A stretch of DNA of 62,900 bases, filler included, from Catajapyx aquilonaris (taxonomy: Eukaryota): the NCBI GenBank assembly GCA_000934665.2. It is 2 parts of 2 records of this genome, joined end to end, with 100 filler letters (N's around TTAATTAATTAA, not from the genome) between each part and the next. Parts side by side here need not be neighbours in the genome. Positions count along the whole stretch, not along the records: positions 31,482 to 62,900 come from JYFJ02004539.1; 1 more part is not named here. One strand, given 5' to 3'. This document shows positions 39,095 to 51,100 of this stretch, in pieces; positions within the stretch are counted from its first letter, which is position 1, and each line of letters starts with the position of its first letter. The notes beneath the pieces are model-generated. The model worked only from the letters and a program-made list of their open reading frames with translations, was not told where the DNA came from and did not search any database. The position numbers and the translations under genes are program-made.

Positions 39095-39925
39095 TGCGTC
39101 CAACCTTTGTAGTGAAGGGATCATACCTATATGAACCTGATTTTCAGAAAGAGATGCCCTTATCGGATCAATGTCTTATCCAGAAGGGATTACTAATGCA
39201 TTGTTCCAATTTTGCAAAACAAAATGGGTGTACAAACACAACACGAACAAAGGTAATTTACAGAAAAAAAAGATTAATCACGTTATCATTTTTGTCAGTC
39301 TCGACGTTGGAGCAAGAACAAAATAATACTCTGAGATGCCTTCTTTAAAAATGACTTTTGTATGCAAAGGCACCTCATATATTACGTAAACATAGTGTTT
39401 TTCAATACTGAGGGACATTGCTTTGCCGATTCCAGCATAACAGACTTAAATCTAATAGTAAATACACATAGATTTGCTGTTGCGACTACTGCATGAACTT
39501 AGTGAGGTGGTTCCATATCATAATTTGGCTCCAAATATTGTGGCTTCCAACGGGCGACAGCTTTTGTTGCTGTTTTAACATTATAGTATAACTTACCCGC
39601 TTATACCTATCCCTTCCGCTTGGACTGTGAATAATAGACTACAAATATTTGGGCATAAAAAAGAGTTGAAATTATAATTTTTGGTGTATGCCAAATATGA
39701 ATTTAGACACGTTTATTGAAAAAAATACACAACCATCAGCAAACAGATGCACACAAATTCTGGTAAGTGGTATACCGTTTATAGAATGAAACAAATAGAC
39801 ATCAGCTCTGTTATTCTCTGTGATAAAGTATATGGGATTTTCATGTAAAATATAATCATTATCAAACCATCATCAAACAAAAAGTGGTCTTGTGATTTTC
39901 TAGATTTCTAGAGGGGAGTTTAATA

Positions 39926-40060
39926 CAAGGGGTTAACCACTTCGGTACTCCGGTGTACACCTGCGTGGCACCCGCAGGTACTTTACTCTTTGGTACTCCT
40001 TGGTACTCCTTGAATTTGGTACTCCAGTGTACACTTTACACTCGAGTGGTTAACCCCTTG
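39926..40060. mobile_element. 135-bp hAT MITE, copy 2 of the 30106 family
   Basis: TIR CAAGGGGTTAACCACT; perfect 8-bp TSD GTTTAATA; internal ggtactcc repeats. Confidence 0.92.
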
Positions 40061-40380
40061 GTTTAATATCACTGCACCCACAAGTCAGATGTATGCCACT
40101 TGAAAGCTCCTATACGCTATATCTTTAGTCGCATCCTTTAAGCTGTATAGCTGCTTTCAAATGGCAGAAATCTGGTTGCACAATAAGCTGGAAAATTGTG
40201 TGCAGCACAATGTTACCAGAGGTAAGCGTATCAGGTTTTTTCTTTTGTTAATTCAAGGCACCACGAACAATAATAATAATTATTATTATTATTATTCAGG
40301 ATCCGTATGATAGGCGATGATAATCGAAACTTATGGTCACCTGTTTTTATGACTTTGTGACAAAATTTGTCAGAGTCTCA

Positions 40381-40527
40381 GGGCCGTTTTCTCGAACAGT
40401 GGTTCAAATGCAAACCCGGTTCAAAGCCGGTTTAAACCCTTGACAACAGCATAACAACAATCAAATCAGGGATTAAACTGGCTTTGAACCCAGTTTGCAT
40501 TTGAACCACTGTTCGAGAAAACTGCCC
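40381..40527. mobile_element. 147-bp PIF/Harbinger-type MITE
   Basis: GGGC..GCCC termini, ~60-bp TIR, 3-bp TSD TCA on both sides. Confidence 0.88.
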
Positions 40528-41139
40528 TCAGAGACATACAAAAGGACACTACGAAACTCATGGTAAGCAGCCATTACACAATATTGACACATTGATGTTT
40601 GTTTATTGCTATCTTAAATATTTTTTCAGCTGCTGCGTTGATTTCTTGCTCTTTGAATGCTCGTGCAGCACTATCTCTGATGAGCATATTATGATACTTC
40701 CATTTCTTGATACCGTGCACAAATTAGTAGTAGAATTTTTTGATTCTATTTGTCTCTCCAACATTTACATTTATTCGCTTCAGCGCAATAGCTATATTGG
40801 GTCACTAATTTATTTTAGGTAGGCTACCAGTAAGCCTATACTTTTCAACATAATAAATATATGCTTATTCTGATATAACAATATTATAATAATATTATTA
40901 TACCGCATTTTCCAGTGCACAGATAAAATAATGGGGAAAGTTAAATAAACCGTCAATAGTGTATATTCAGCACAAAAATACTGCATGCTGCACTAATGCA
41001 GGCCTACACTGGCTAACGTGTGTGTCGTGTCACTATATCTTAATACTGCGCAGAAGCCTTATGCTATGAGATTTGCAGTATACTGACTCAAGAGTACTTT
41101 GGTGACCTCATATATATATATAAAATGTCATCTAATAAC

Positions 41140-43090
41140 TCAGCTGTTGATGTAACAAGGTGGTGTAAAAGTATCACCACTGACGATATCCAAAATGGCG
41201 CTATAAGTGGATGCAATGCCGCCTGCAAGTCCAAGGGCTATCAGTTCTCCCAGAAACACCATGATGTGTAAAGGTATATGTCTGAAAACAAATAAAAAAG
41301 TAGCATTTACATTTTGCCTTGACACCTGAGGTGTTGATGTCACGCAATTTCCGGAACTAAGCTTAATGATAATATCATCAAAAAAGACAACGAGATTTGT
41401 ATTGTGATTCCTTTCAAATTTGCATGCGTTGAGATATAAGACAATGCTTTGTTTGCTTTGTTCGACATCGAGAAAGTCTCAGAAGCTAGTTTTCTCTGAG
41501 TGACGTATATGCACTGCCCGCACTTTTCTTGGTGCATGTCCCTTAATAAGCAAAATATTTCATGAAATTAAACAACGGACCTCAAAGATTGCGACTATAG
41601 TAATAATGTATTTAGTTAACAAAATGATTGAAAACAAACCTTTTCTTCCAGTCCGGACTATCTTGTCGGCAAATTTTTATATAAAACACTGGCGGAAGGA
41701 CGAAAGTGAGTAAAGTTATCGTTGATCCTCCAGCCAGATTCAAAATTTTTCCAAACTTGGGAATAGTTTGGCCAGCAAAGGTAACTAAAACTAGCACAAT
41801 GCTCCTTAGCAGACAACGCTTCCAGTGAAATTCTGAAAATGGTGGCATATTTGTTGTAATCTGTAGGTCGTGTTTAAAATAATAAAGAAAAATGTAAAAC
41901 TTACTGTCAGGTACATTTAGAACTGCTTCCAACCCCTGGGTCAAAGGGTTTAGTAAAATGATAAATGCAAAGACCAGATGGATTGTCATTGCAACTCTGG
42001 CTGTTACGACCATCGGACCAGGAGTGGTTGAATCAAGGACGTTCATAGCCACATTGTCTCCAACCAGAAAAAAACTCAGAGCACATACCAGCATATATAG
42101 GATAATAATGCCTGAAAAATAAAACATTGTTATATGAGCAAGTGTTCTAAAATAAACCAACCATTATTATTACATGTAAAAGCTATTGCGACACTGGTCG
42201 TAAACTTGGCTCGTTTTTTCATATCATTCTGAATGGTAGGAAACGTGGCTGCTCCTCCATACGCAAACAACACAGTTCCGAAGGCTAAGAATGACGAATT
42301 CACGGACGGTGCTGAAACACTGGCCTCTGGAAGCGTTTCTGACGCGTGCAATATCAACTGTCCCGCAGTAAGAATGCAGGCTATTGACGTCGTTGCTAAC
42401 GCCATGACGGCTATGGGCCAGAAATCTTTTGGGGAGCCCAACCATGTAAATGGCAACAAAACGGCTGCCAGAATCAACTGCCACTGGCAAAGTGTCATGT
42501 TCACCATAGAACTTAGTAGGGCTTGCACCATGTCGGCAGCCAGCAGCAGAGTCACTGTTGTGGTGCCAAACAGGGTCAAAAAGATGCATCCTTGCACTAC
42601 GTACCTGAAATCAAATCAAATGAACAATTACGCAACAGTAGCCTACACTGCCAGATATTTGATTAATCATCGATATTATTCACTAAATAGGTTGCAATTG
42701 ATTGATCACTGCCACCTAGCTATTATTATTGTTATACCTGCCAGGGTTCCCAAATGCTTTTTCACCAATAGTTGGGTACGGATCTCGCACATGACCTCTT
42801 AGCTCTGGATACCTTTCTTCCAGAATGGACCAGCATGCTCCAAGTCTGGTTCCACCATAGCCAGCAAATATACAAAATACTACCAGAAGCGGAAGACCTA
42901 TCCAACCTTTTAAGAGAAATAAGCCATGAAAATAGTTACACAATCATTGTATCAATCTGAACTTACCAACACTAACAACAGCATTTGGCAGTGCTAAAAC
43001 ACCACTTCCGACCATTTCTCCAGCCACAAAAATGGCAGCAGTTAGAACACTGATCCCATGCCCTTTTTCGGGCGTCTTTATCACTTCCAT
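41140..43090 (-). CDS. Amino acid transporter, Aa_trans/AAAP (SLC32/36/38-like) family, paralog B, ~421 aa, 6 coding exons
   Basis: Exons (minus): 43090-42967 (MEVIK..AIFVAGEMVGSGVLALPNAVVSVG), 42906-42738, 42604-42174 (..YGGAATFPTIQNDM), 42111-41905, 41832-41640, 41281-41140 (..DTFTPPCYINS*). GT-AG introns with consistent phases; total 1266 nt. Collinear with paralog A. An acceptor at ~43138 followed by an open frame means an extra upstream exon is possible. Confidence 0.93.
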
Positions 43091-45181
43091 TGTTACCGCT
43101 GCAAGGCCTGTAACTGTGGCTGACGAGTGCTTTATAACTGAAATTCACCTCCAATCATATCTGTTTACTCAGTGGTTGTTGTTCAGCTCTCTTGAATGCG
43201 TGATAAGGACCAGCTAAGTGATAGGGACTGAAACACTGCCGCTTAATACTGCCTTATTGGTTTGATATAGATTCGGTAACCTAAATTTTTATTTAGTCTA
43301 CATCACGTTAGTTATCTTGGGCGAGATCTTTTATGCGAGGCAAATCCCAATAATTAAATAGGACGATGCGATAACAGTGTAATCTATAAGTCAACATGCA
43401 AGTCACATCAACTTTAAGCACATGGTTATTGTACGAGTATAAAAGCTTTCATTTAAAAGGAAATTAAATGTGCCTATGGTAGCATAATCAACTGCTATAC
43501 AGTAGGGCGTGTGTTACCTTAGCAACATAATTACGTTGCGTTATCACAAAGGTTTTTCCGATCCCGTTTCACAACTAATTGAGATTGGGCTAGAAGACGT
43601 GTTCTGATATCTATACTTCGATAATAACGCTCATAAGAGGACTGATGGGAAAAGCCATAAGGGATGGGGTTTTTTCTGGAAATGTTGATCGATCATGAAT
43701 GAGTCGATTTTTGTTTTGAATCTGGCTATTTCAAGAGCTAAGATTATGAGATGATAGAATGTTTTCAGTTGCAGCTGCTATGTTTCTACCATCAACTTTG
43801 ATGATCGGTTAGCAGATGGCATGTATGCCTTTCTAATAATTTATTGTCTACGGATAACAACTTACATGGTAAGTTGTATCATGTGCAGGACATGAGTATA
43901 GAAAGGCACAAGATTACGAATGAATGAATAATATTGGTTGGTATTATAGCATTGTAACGAATATCGCCTTACAGGGGATTTTACAACCTGGCCTGTTGAT
44001 TGGGAGGAATATACAACTTATCGGAAACGCCTACAACCTCATGGCTAAAGAAAAAGCTCAAGTTGGCTTAGTCTACGGCTTAGTCATTCATCCACAGGGT
44101 AACGCCCTATCCCTAATTTACTCTCTCGCTCTGTTGCGCTCTCTTCCGGTGACCTTTTCAGCATTTTTTTATCACTTTGGTGGCTCAATTGGCCACTTGA
44201 TGAAGTGGTTAGATTGTGATATGGGGGTCTGGATGGTCTACATATGTCAGATGCCAGCTGGTTTGCAATCAGGCGAGAAAATGATGCCATTTGTGTCATT
44301 ATTTGTCCAGGTGTTGTCATTCCACGCGTTTCTTACGCATTTTGGGGGTGAACGCGTGGATTTTCTCAAGTGACGTCACTTTCTGTTGTAAGAAAGCACC
44401 TCTTGTGACCGTGACATCACGCACATATTTTTTTTCACTTCTTTTACATTTTGCTGTATGCTGCATTGTTTATGCTAGGATCGGACATGTAGAAAAAGGA
44501 GTTGAATATAAAAATTGCTGGCGGTAATGCTGGATAACAAGTATATCGTGGGTAGATTTTTATGGCCTCATTTTGTAGGCTATGTTACATTAGACTGTCC
44601 TACATTTAAAAAGCAGCGGAAAATGGAATAATCTGATTCAAACACTAATCAAGCCGTTTCAGTTATAGAAATAAGCACCACAATGAAATTGTAGCAAATT
44701 TCACCTTATCCCTCGAACAGGAAAAAAATCGCCAGCCTTGAACTAATTTAAAAAAATACTTTCTCTTGCCCACCAGTATAAAAAATTTTCAACCCATACA
44801 TTTAACCTACACCCCCCCCCCCCATTTTATGTGCACTGCATTTTTTGTTATTATTCCTCCAGCATGTGGGCAGGTACTTGAAGGTCGGTCGAGTGTGGCC
44901 GCTTTTCAACAAGTGACGTCACTCTACATGCATTTATTATAGATTCAACTGCGGTTTTTGTGGGCTCGTCCTTCAGGAGGGGCAGCCCGATTCCTATAAG
45001 ACTAGTTGGGAAGGGCGAGGCTTTCTTACTACTACTCATAAACCGGATGAGTAGTTAAGGCGGACTCATAAAAGGTTGTGGACCGTGAAGTTTCGCGATG
45101 ACACTGCTCTATTCTCGGTCCGGGGAGGGTTAACAAAGTGCTTTACACGTTGCAGTTGTGGTGTGGAAAAAGTAACTATCG

Positions 45182-48100
45182 ATGATGGCTGATAAGCGCT
45201 CCGTGCGTCTCTGGACCGTGGCTGCTGGGAAAGCCAGGGAATCTCTGGGATCTGCTAGTTTTGGTGAGTGAAAACAGACTCGTTGCTTGGCTGGTTTATC
45301 AGACATTGCTGGGTGCAAAGTTTCACACGAATGGACAGGATTTGTGGAAATTAGAGGGGCATTGTGCCGTGTGGATTGTTATGCAGTGGAAATGGATAAA
45401 TTTTTCTAGGAATAATTTGGAGCCTGCGTGCATGCGATTATGGAAATTTTGTGGGCAGGGTTGGATTCGAAAATGAAAATGTGACTGGGCTGCGCTTGTC
45501 GAATGGGTTGAGTGAGTCACTGGTGTTTCATTGCTGCAAAAAATGCGTTTTAAAATAAGGCAGGTATTTCGAACTATTTGTTGTCAGATATATTGAGAAA
45601 AGCAGCACATTTGAATATTATGAACGCAGTGGTATGTCGTGTTGCAACTTGCAAGTGCCAATTTCTAACATTTTAGTAAATATTTCGTTGATGCTCTAAG
45701 TACAAAAACACACGCATCTATGCTGCCTGTTATACACTTAGTTAGGTTACATAATTTTTGTAGAATACGTAATGTAACTTATATTCTAAATAAGTCTTCA
45801 AATGCGACGTGCACATCTTATTCTTGAAGACTGGGCCATCTTAATTTTAATTCACTTCCAATTGAGGTAAAAAGTCTTTGAATATTTAATAAATTATTGC
45901 CTTGTACAATAAAAATTACAAATACGAAACATAACATACTATAAATTAGCCTGAAATTGTCCTTACGGTTTTTAAATATGACATTAGGAGGGAAAATTGT
46001 ACCTGAACTTGGTCAAATCTAGTGCTTCGATATTTTGCAGACACGTTTATAGCTGGAGTTCATAATACCGGCATGTGTCCAGTGTTTCTGAGGGCCCAAT
46101 ACATGAGGACTGAGAGGGAGGCGAAAAAGTGTAAATTTAACCATTGCAATTAAAAATTGGACATTGGCGTTAAGCTGGGGGTTATCCCTTCCCTCCCCCG
46201 TATATATGTCGAAATCGATGCTAAGAGTCATTTCACCAACATCAAATAGCACCATAATGCGTAAAAATAATAACTCGTTTTGCGACAGGTGAAAAAACCC
46301 ATTCCTTCACCGTTACAATTTCCACTTGTCCCTCGCGAATCCTTAGCAGCATTTATCACACATTTTCACCCAAAGCACAATACATTGTCCTTTTCTCCTG
46401 TTCCACTGCGACGCAAGTGTGACACTCCCTCCTCCCTCCACCCCTCCACCTCCCCCCATTTTTTGTTTAATGGCCCACCGTCCATCTAGGGGCTTTGCTC
46501 CCTTGCTCGCTTCCAACAAACCGTGACATATGCAAGCCTTTTTTTTTTCTATCCCTCATACCTGCAGATAGCGCCGAGAGTGGTGGGGAGGATGCAACGT
46601 CGTTGGATCAGGGACGCCATCGACGCCTGGTTGATGCCGCCCTGGAGGGCAAGTGGACCTCGTGGGACCCGGAACTTTGTGTGCAATTGGTGCGTCTGCC
46701 CCGTGTCCGGAACTACGTTGGGATCAGGAAGCTTCTGGAATCAGCTGATAAGGAGTGGATGCTGGAGTTTCTACGACTCGACGGCCTCGGGGTGCTGCTA
46801 GAGGCCCTGGGCAGGCTAGGTCAAAGGGGACACACCTCCATGGCCGATGCGATCCTCCAGGTCGAGTGTTCTCAGTGCGTCAGAGCAGTGGCTAATAGCA
46901 AGGCTGGACTGGAACATTTTTGTCAACATCCGCTGCATGCCAGGAAGCTGGCCATAGGTGGGTTCAAGTAGGTGTAGCTTACTTACAATGAGGGGGTCAA
47001 AGACGCCTTGTTATATCAGTCACAGTGGAGTTAATTATTTAATTGATAAATTCGAACACACGAAAATTGACAGTTGAAAGTCCTATGGTCGTGGTGGTTT
47101 TTCATGACCTAATGGAAATTGAAATAAAGGATCAACATTTTTGGTCCTGAATTTTAAATTGGTGAATTATCATAATTGATGTATGGAATTAGGCCATGCT
47201 TTTATCAGAATTGTTAACTTTTTTCTGAGAAATTGAGCCAACCACTATTCAGGACTTTACAAACCTATTAACATCAATGCTTTGCCAGGAAATTCGTACT
47301 CAATTATAAAATCGCGGGAGCATAAATGAGAATAATTATATTTTGAGTACAATTATTTAAGCTTGGTATAGTATGCCTGGCTGCTTATCGCGTGAAAGCC
47401 AGGAAATTCAAATGCACAGAAGCGTGGCCAGGAAAGCATTAGGTAACATATTTGGGCAATTGTGTCATTTCGTAACAAAATGCATGTGATTTATTTTGTA
47501 GGCCTATACTGAATTATCATAATCTTCATGCAAATCATTGAGGATTAATAATAAAATTATTGAAATTGAGGATTAATAAAAATACGGGTGTAAGGAGGAA
47601 ATACAACTTCATGAGCGCATTACTTAGGCTATACCGGTAGATATTTTGATTACTATTTTGGTAAAGGATGATAATTTTATACTAATGTAGTGATGCTGTA
47701 AATGTGCTGCACGTCATTCAAACTATACGTAAGAAAATGATAGTGAAGTCATAGTTCTTGCTCAGCAACACTTTCTATCGAGAATATTTTCATGTCGTTT
47801 CATTAATCACGGCCGCATTTTCCGGCAAAATTGAGTCACGCTTGGCTGTTGATGAGTTGAGCCAATCTGATTTGAGTGGATTTCCGTCTGGAACGAACAA
47901 TGCCTATGGCAAACTTGATTAGAGATTGTTACCGTGGTACGAACAGGATTGACGTGAAGTGAAGGTCGGACGAAGAAAAAGTAAATGCTCTAATGTTTAG
48001 GTGTCATGTCACGGTTTGAAATGAATTGCAGTGTGGAAGTTTTTTACTGGATGGTAGTTGTGAGTGTTAAGCACCAGCAGAGGTGATGATTTAATTGATT

Positions 48101-51100
48101 CTAATAGGATGCAGTCATGTCAGCCAGTTGTAACATTGAGACAGCAGGTACGCCTACATCCGCAAGATACAATGCATGCATATACTGTAGTTCTCAACAC
48201 AGTATCCTAGATAATATTACATAATATAAATTATGTGCTATTAATAGCACTCTGTGTCCTGTAAAACATTTATGATGTGGATGAGTAGGGAAATAATTTT
48301 GTAAACTCCATATTGTTGCACCTTAAAGTAGTGCGAATAGCCATGTCCCATTGTTTGATAGTAACATCTAGAATAACTTTTGTTATTTTTTGGAATTCCA
48401 GTTAGTAATGTTTTCATACTCGGAGTGATAACTTGCGACATTATTCGCAAATGACCTATTCCATGATTGGTTTCACTTGTCACCAATAATAAATTTTAGT
48501 ACAGTGTTGGACATTAAGCGAGCCTCGATTAATGTCCAACACTGTACAAGTTGTTCAAATACTATGTGTCGGAAAAGTGAAACTAGGTCTTTTCCTATTT
48601 ATTATCTGAATTGTGAAAATACAAATTTGAAAGTCGCCAATTTACATTTTTTATTCGAATGACTTCAAAAAGCATCAGAAACGGAAATGGCAGCTGCAGA
48701 AGGCACCCAATTTTTTTACAAGTCACCTTGTTCTAAAACTGAAATTTAATGAAACTGATGGTTGCACACGGTGATCTCTTCAAAAAATAGGGTATATCAG
48801 TACAACCAGTATTATGCAATTATCACTTTTTATTTGTTTTTGTGAACAGTATGCAACTTGGAAAAGTGGTATTCATTGACTATATTGCCATTTCCTATGA
48901 TAATTTATATTGAATTTTTCAAGTTGAACGTATTAAAAAAACTTTAGACCTCTCCCATGATAAGAAAAAACATGGTAGAGTATTCCTTTTCGTAGGTATC
49001 ACGTATCAGTCAAGACAACGTCCACTAGAAATTCTCAGCAGGTGGAGGCGTGGAGGGTCGAGGTTATAAAAATAGGTCCTTTATATTAATGACTTTGCAT
49101 GTCAGCAATGTGTTATATAGCTATACCCGTACTGTCTAATTCTGTAGACATGCTATATTACATGGCTGACTGCTTTGTCCGGCTTGATGTCATTATTAAC
49201 AATGTCTCTCTTCCTCTGTCTTTAGCATTAGACTCGAGCAATGTGGTGGTAAAGAAGCAAGTGCTGGAGCTTTTGAGCGCCCTATGCGTGTTTTCCAGTG
49301 CGGGTCACTCGGTTGCCATAGACGCCTTGGAGCACCTCCGAACCCGTGGTGGGTTCCGGTTCCGATTTGGACCCCTAGTCAAGGAGATGCAGGAAGCACA
49401 GGTGGCGCCATACCGGGCCACCATCATGGCCCTGGCTAACTGCCTGGTCTTGGGATGCCAAGAACTGATCCAGAGGCATCGACTGAGGTTGGAACTCATC
49501 GGTAAGTTAGTAAGAGTGACCTAATTTTTTTCGGGGTGCACTTGACTCACTCGGGCGTTCATTTCACGCGGTATGACCGGAGTGTGTTCTCACTTCTTGT
49601 GCAGATGAGTGTATGGTTATGGGCTGTGTAGCTGGAGTCGTGCTGTGTGTGTGGCCAAGTGCGTGTTTTTGGGAGATTGGTGGGTTGGGATGGGGGATAC
49701 CATTTGTCAGTGATAAGCTCACCTTGTTCATGCTGTTAAATCAAACACACGAGTCATTTTTTGTCAAGTGACGTACACGTAGTGGCAGATTTCGTACTTA
49801 GCTAAGCAATAGACGCTGCCACCAGACGTGAGTTGGAAGAACTGTGTAACAAATTTGTCACGTGCGAATGAATAGTTGATCAGATTTCTAAATGTAAATA
49901 TTGTGTCGTTGTCATATCTTTCTGTCATCCAAGGAGTTGGACTCGTAGAGGAGGCTTCACGGAGAAGAAGTAGAGGTGACGACGATGAAGCCGAAGAAGA
50001 AGGAGAGGATGTTCTTATGGTTCAACTCGAAGTGTTCCAGAGGGAAAAGGAACGAGACGAACAACTCTTGGCTGAGAAACACGACAACCTCTCGCTTACC
50101 GTGCATGAACTGTTCGACCAGTTGTATCTCAAGGTAAATCAGTGTTTACGGCGTATTGTATGAAAACCTTAACCCAAATAAGTTAACTTACCTAAATTTG
50201 CGCTGTATTCAGAGGATGTCCTAGCTGATTAGCCTACTGTTTTTAAGGGACTCTCGTACTCATCATAATTTATGCACTCGCGGAATTGATGGGCTTATTA
50301 CTTTAAAGTGTATCGACGGTATTGTGGTCTGTTCAACAGAGTACAGACAGTAAGAGTAAGCTAAAATGCTCTATTCCCCACCCCCCTCCATCAGCGAAGA
50401 TTAGGGTGCATATGGTGGTCAATAGTTCCACTATTTTCTAATTTGCCAATAATAATAATAATAATAATTAATAATAATAATAATAATAATTTATTGGAGC
50501 AGCATCATAGTGCATGTTTTTTTCTTCAATTTTTCATTGTGACTTGAAAGCGAAAGAGACAGTATGGTGTGCACGATTTTAATTAAGGTAGGATGTCCTA
50601 TAAATTAAGATAAAATAACTGCAGCTTTCCCTGTAGATCTGTGCATTAGAGTTTTTAAATACCTGCCCTTTTTTAGGTTCGTGATTCTCCTGCTCATCAT
50701 TACCTGCACGATGTCTTGGCTTTGTTGTGCCAAGTGGACCTGACCTCAAGGGAAGCCGATCTTCTGTGGCAATGGCTGACTTCCGTAGTATCACACGCAG
50801 TGGATGGCACGTTAGAAGCTGCATACAAACGTCTGGAAAAGATAGGAAAGTCCAGTTCTCGAGATGAGGCAACACAGACTGTAACCACTCCATGGAGAGG
50901 TGAGAGGTTCAAGAAGAGGAGGAAGACGCGGCCTGCCAGTAAAACCAGTGATGTAGTAACAAAAGGATACCTGTTTAGTAGTGATAGTGACAGTGACGTG
51001 TTTTTGTCAGTGTCGTCGTCTTCAGAGGACGAGAGTAGAAGACTCGTCGAGAAGTTGAAGTGCGAAAGTATTTTGGCACCTCTTAACAATTCCCAGTTAC

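Noticed and set aside
36766..42802. ORFs 36766-37281, 42224-42589 and 42233-42802
   Set aside because: Off-frame or antisense to the transporter exons; no independent signal.
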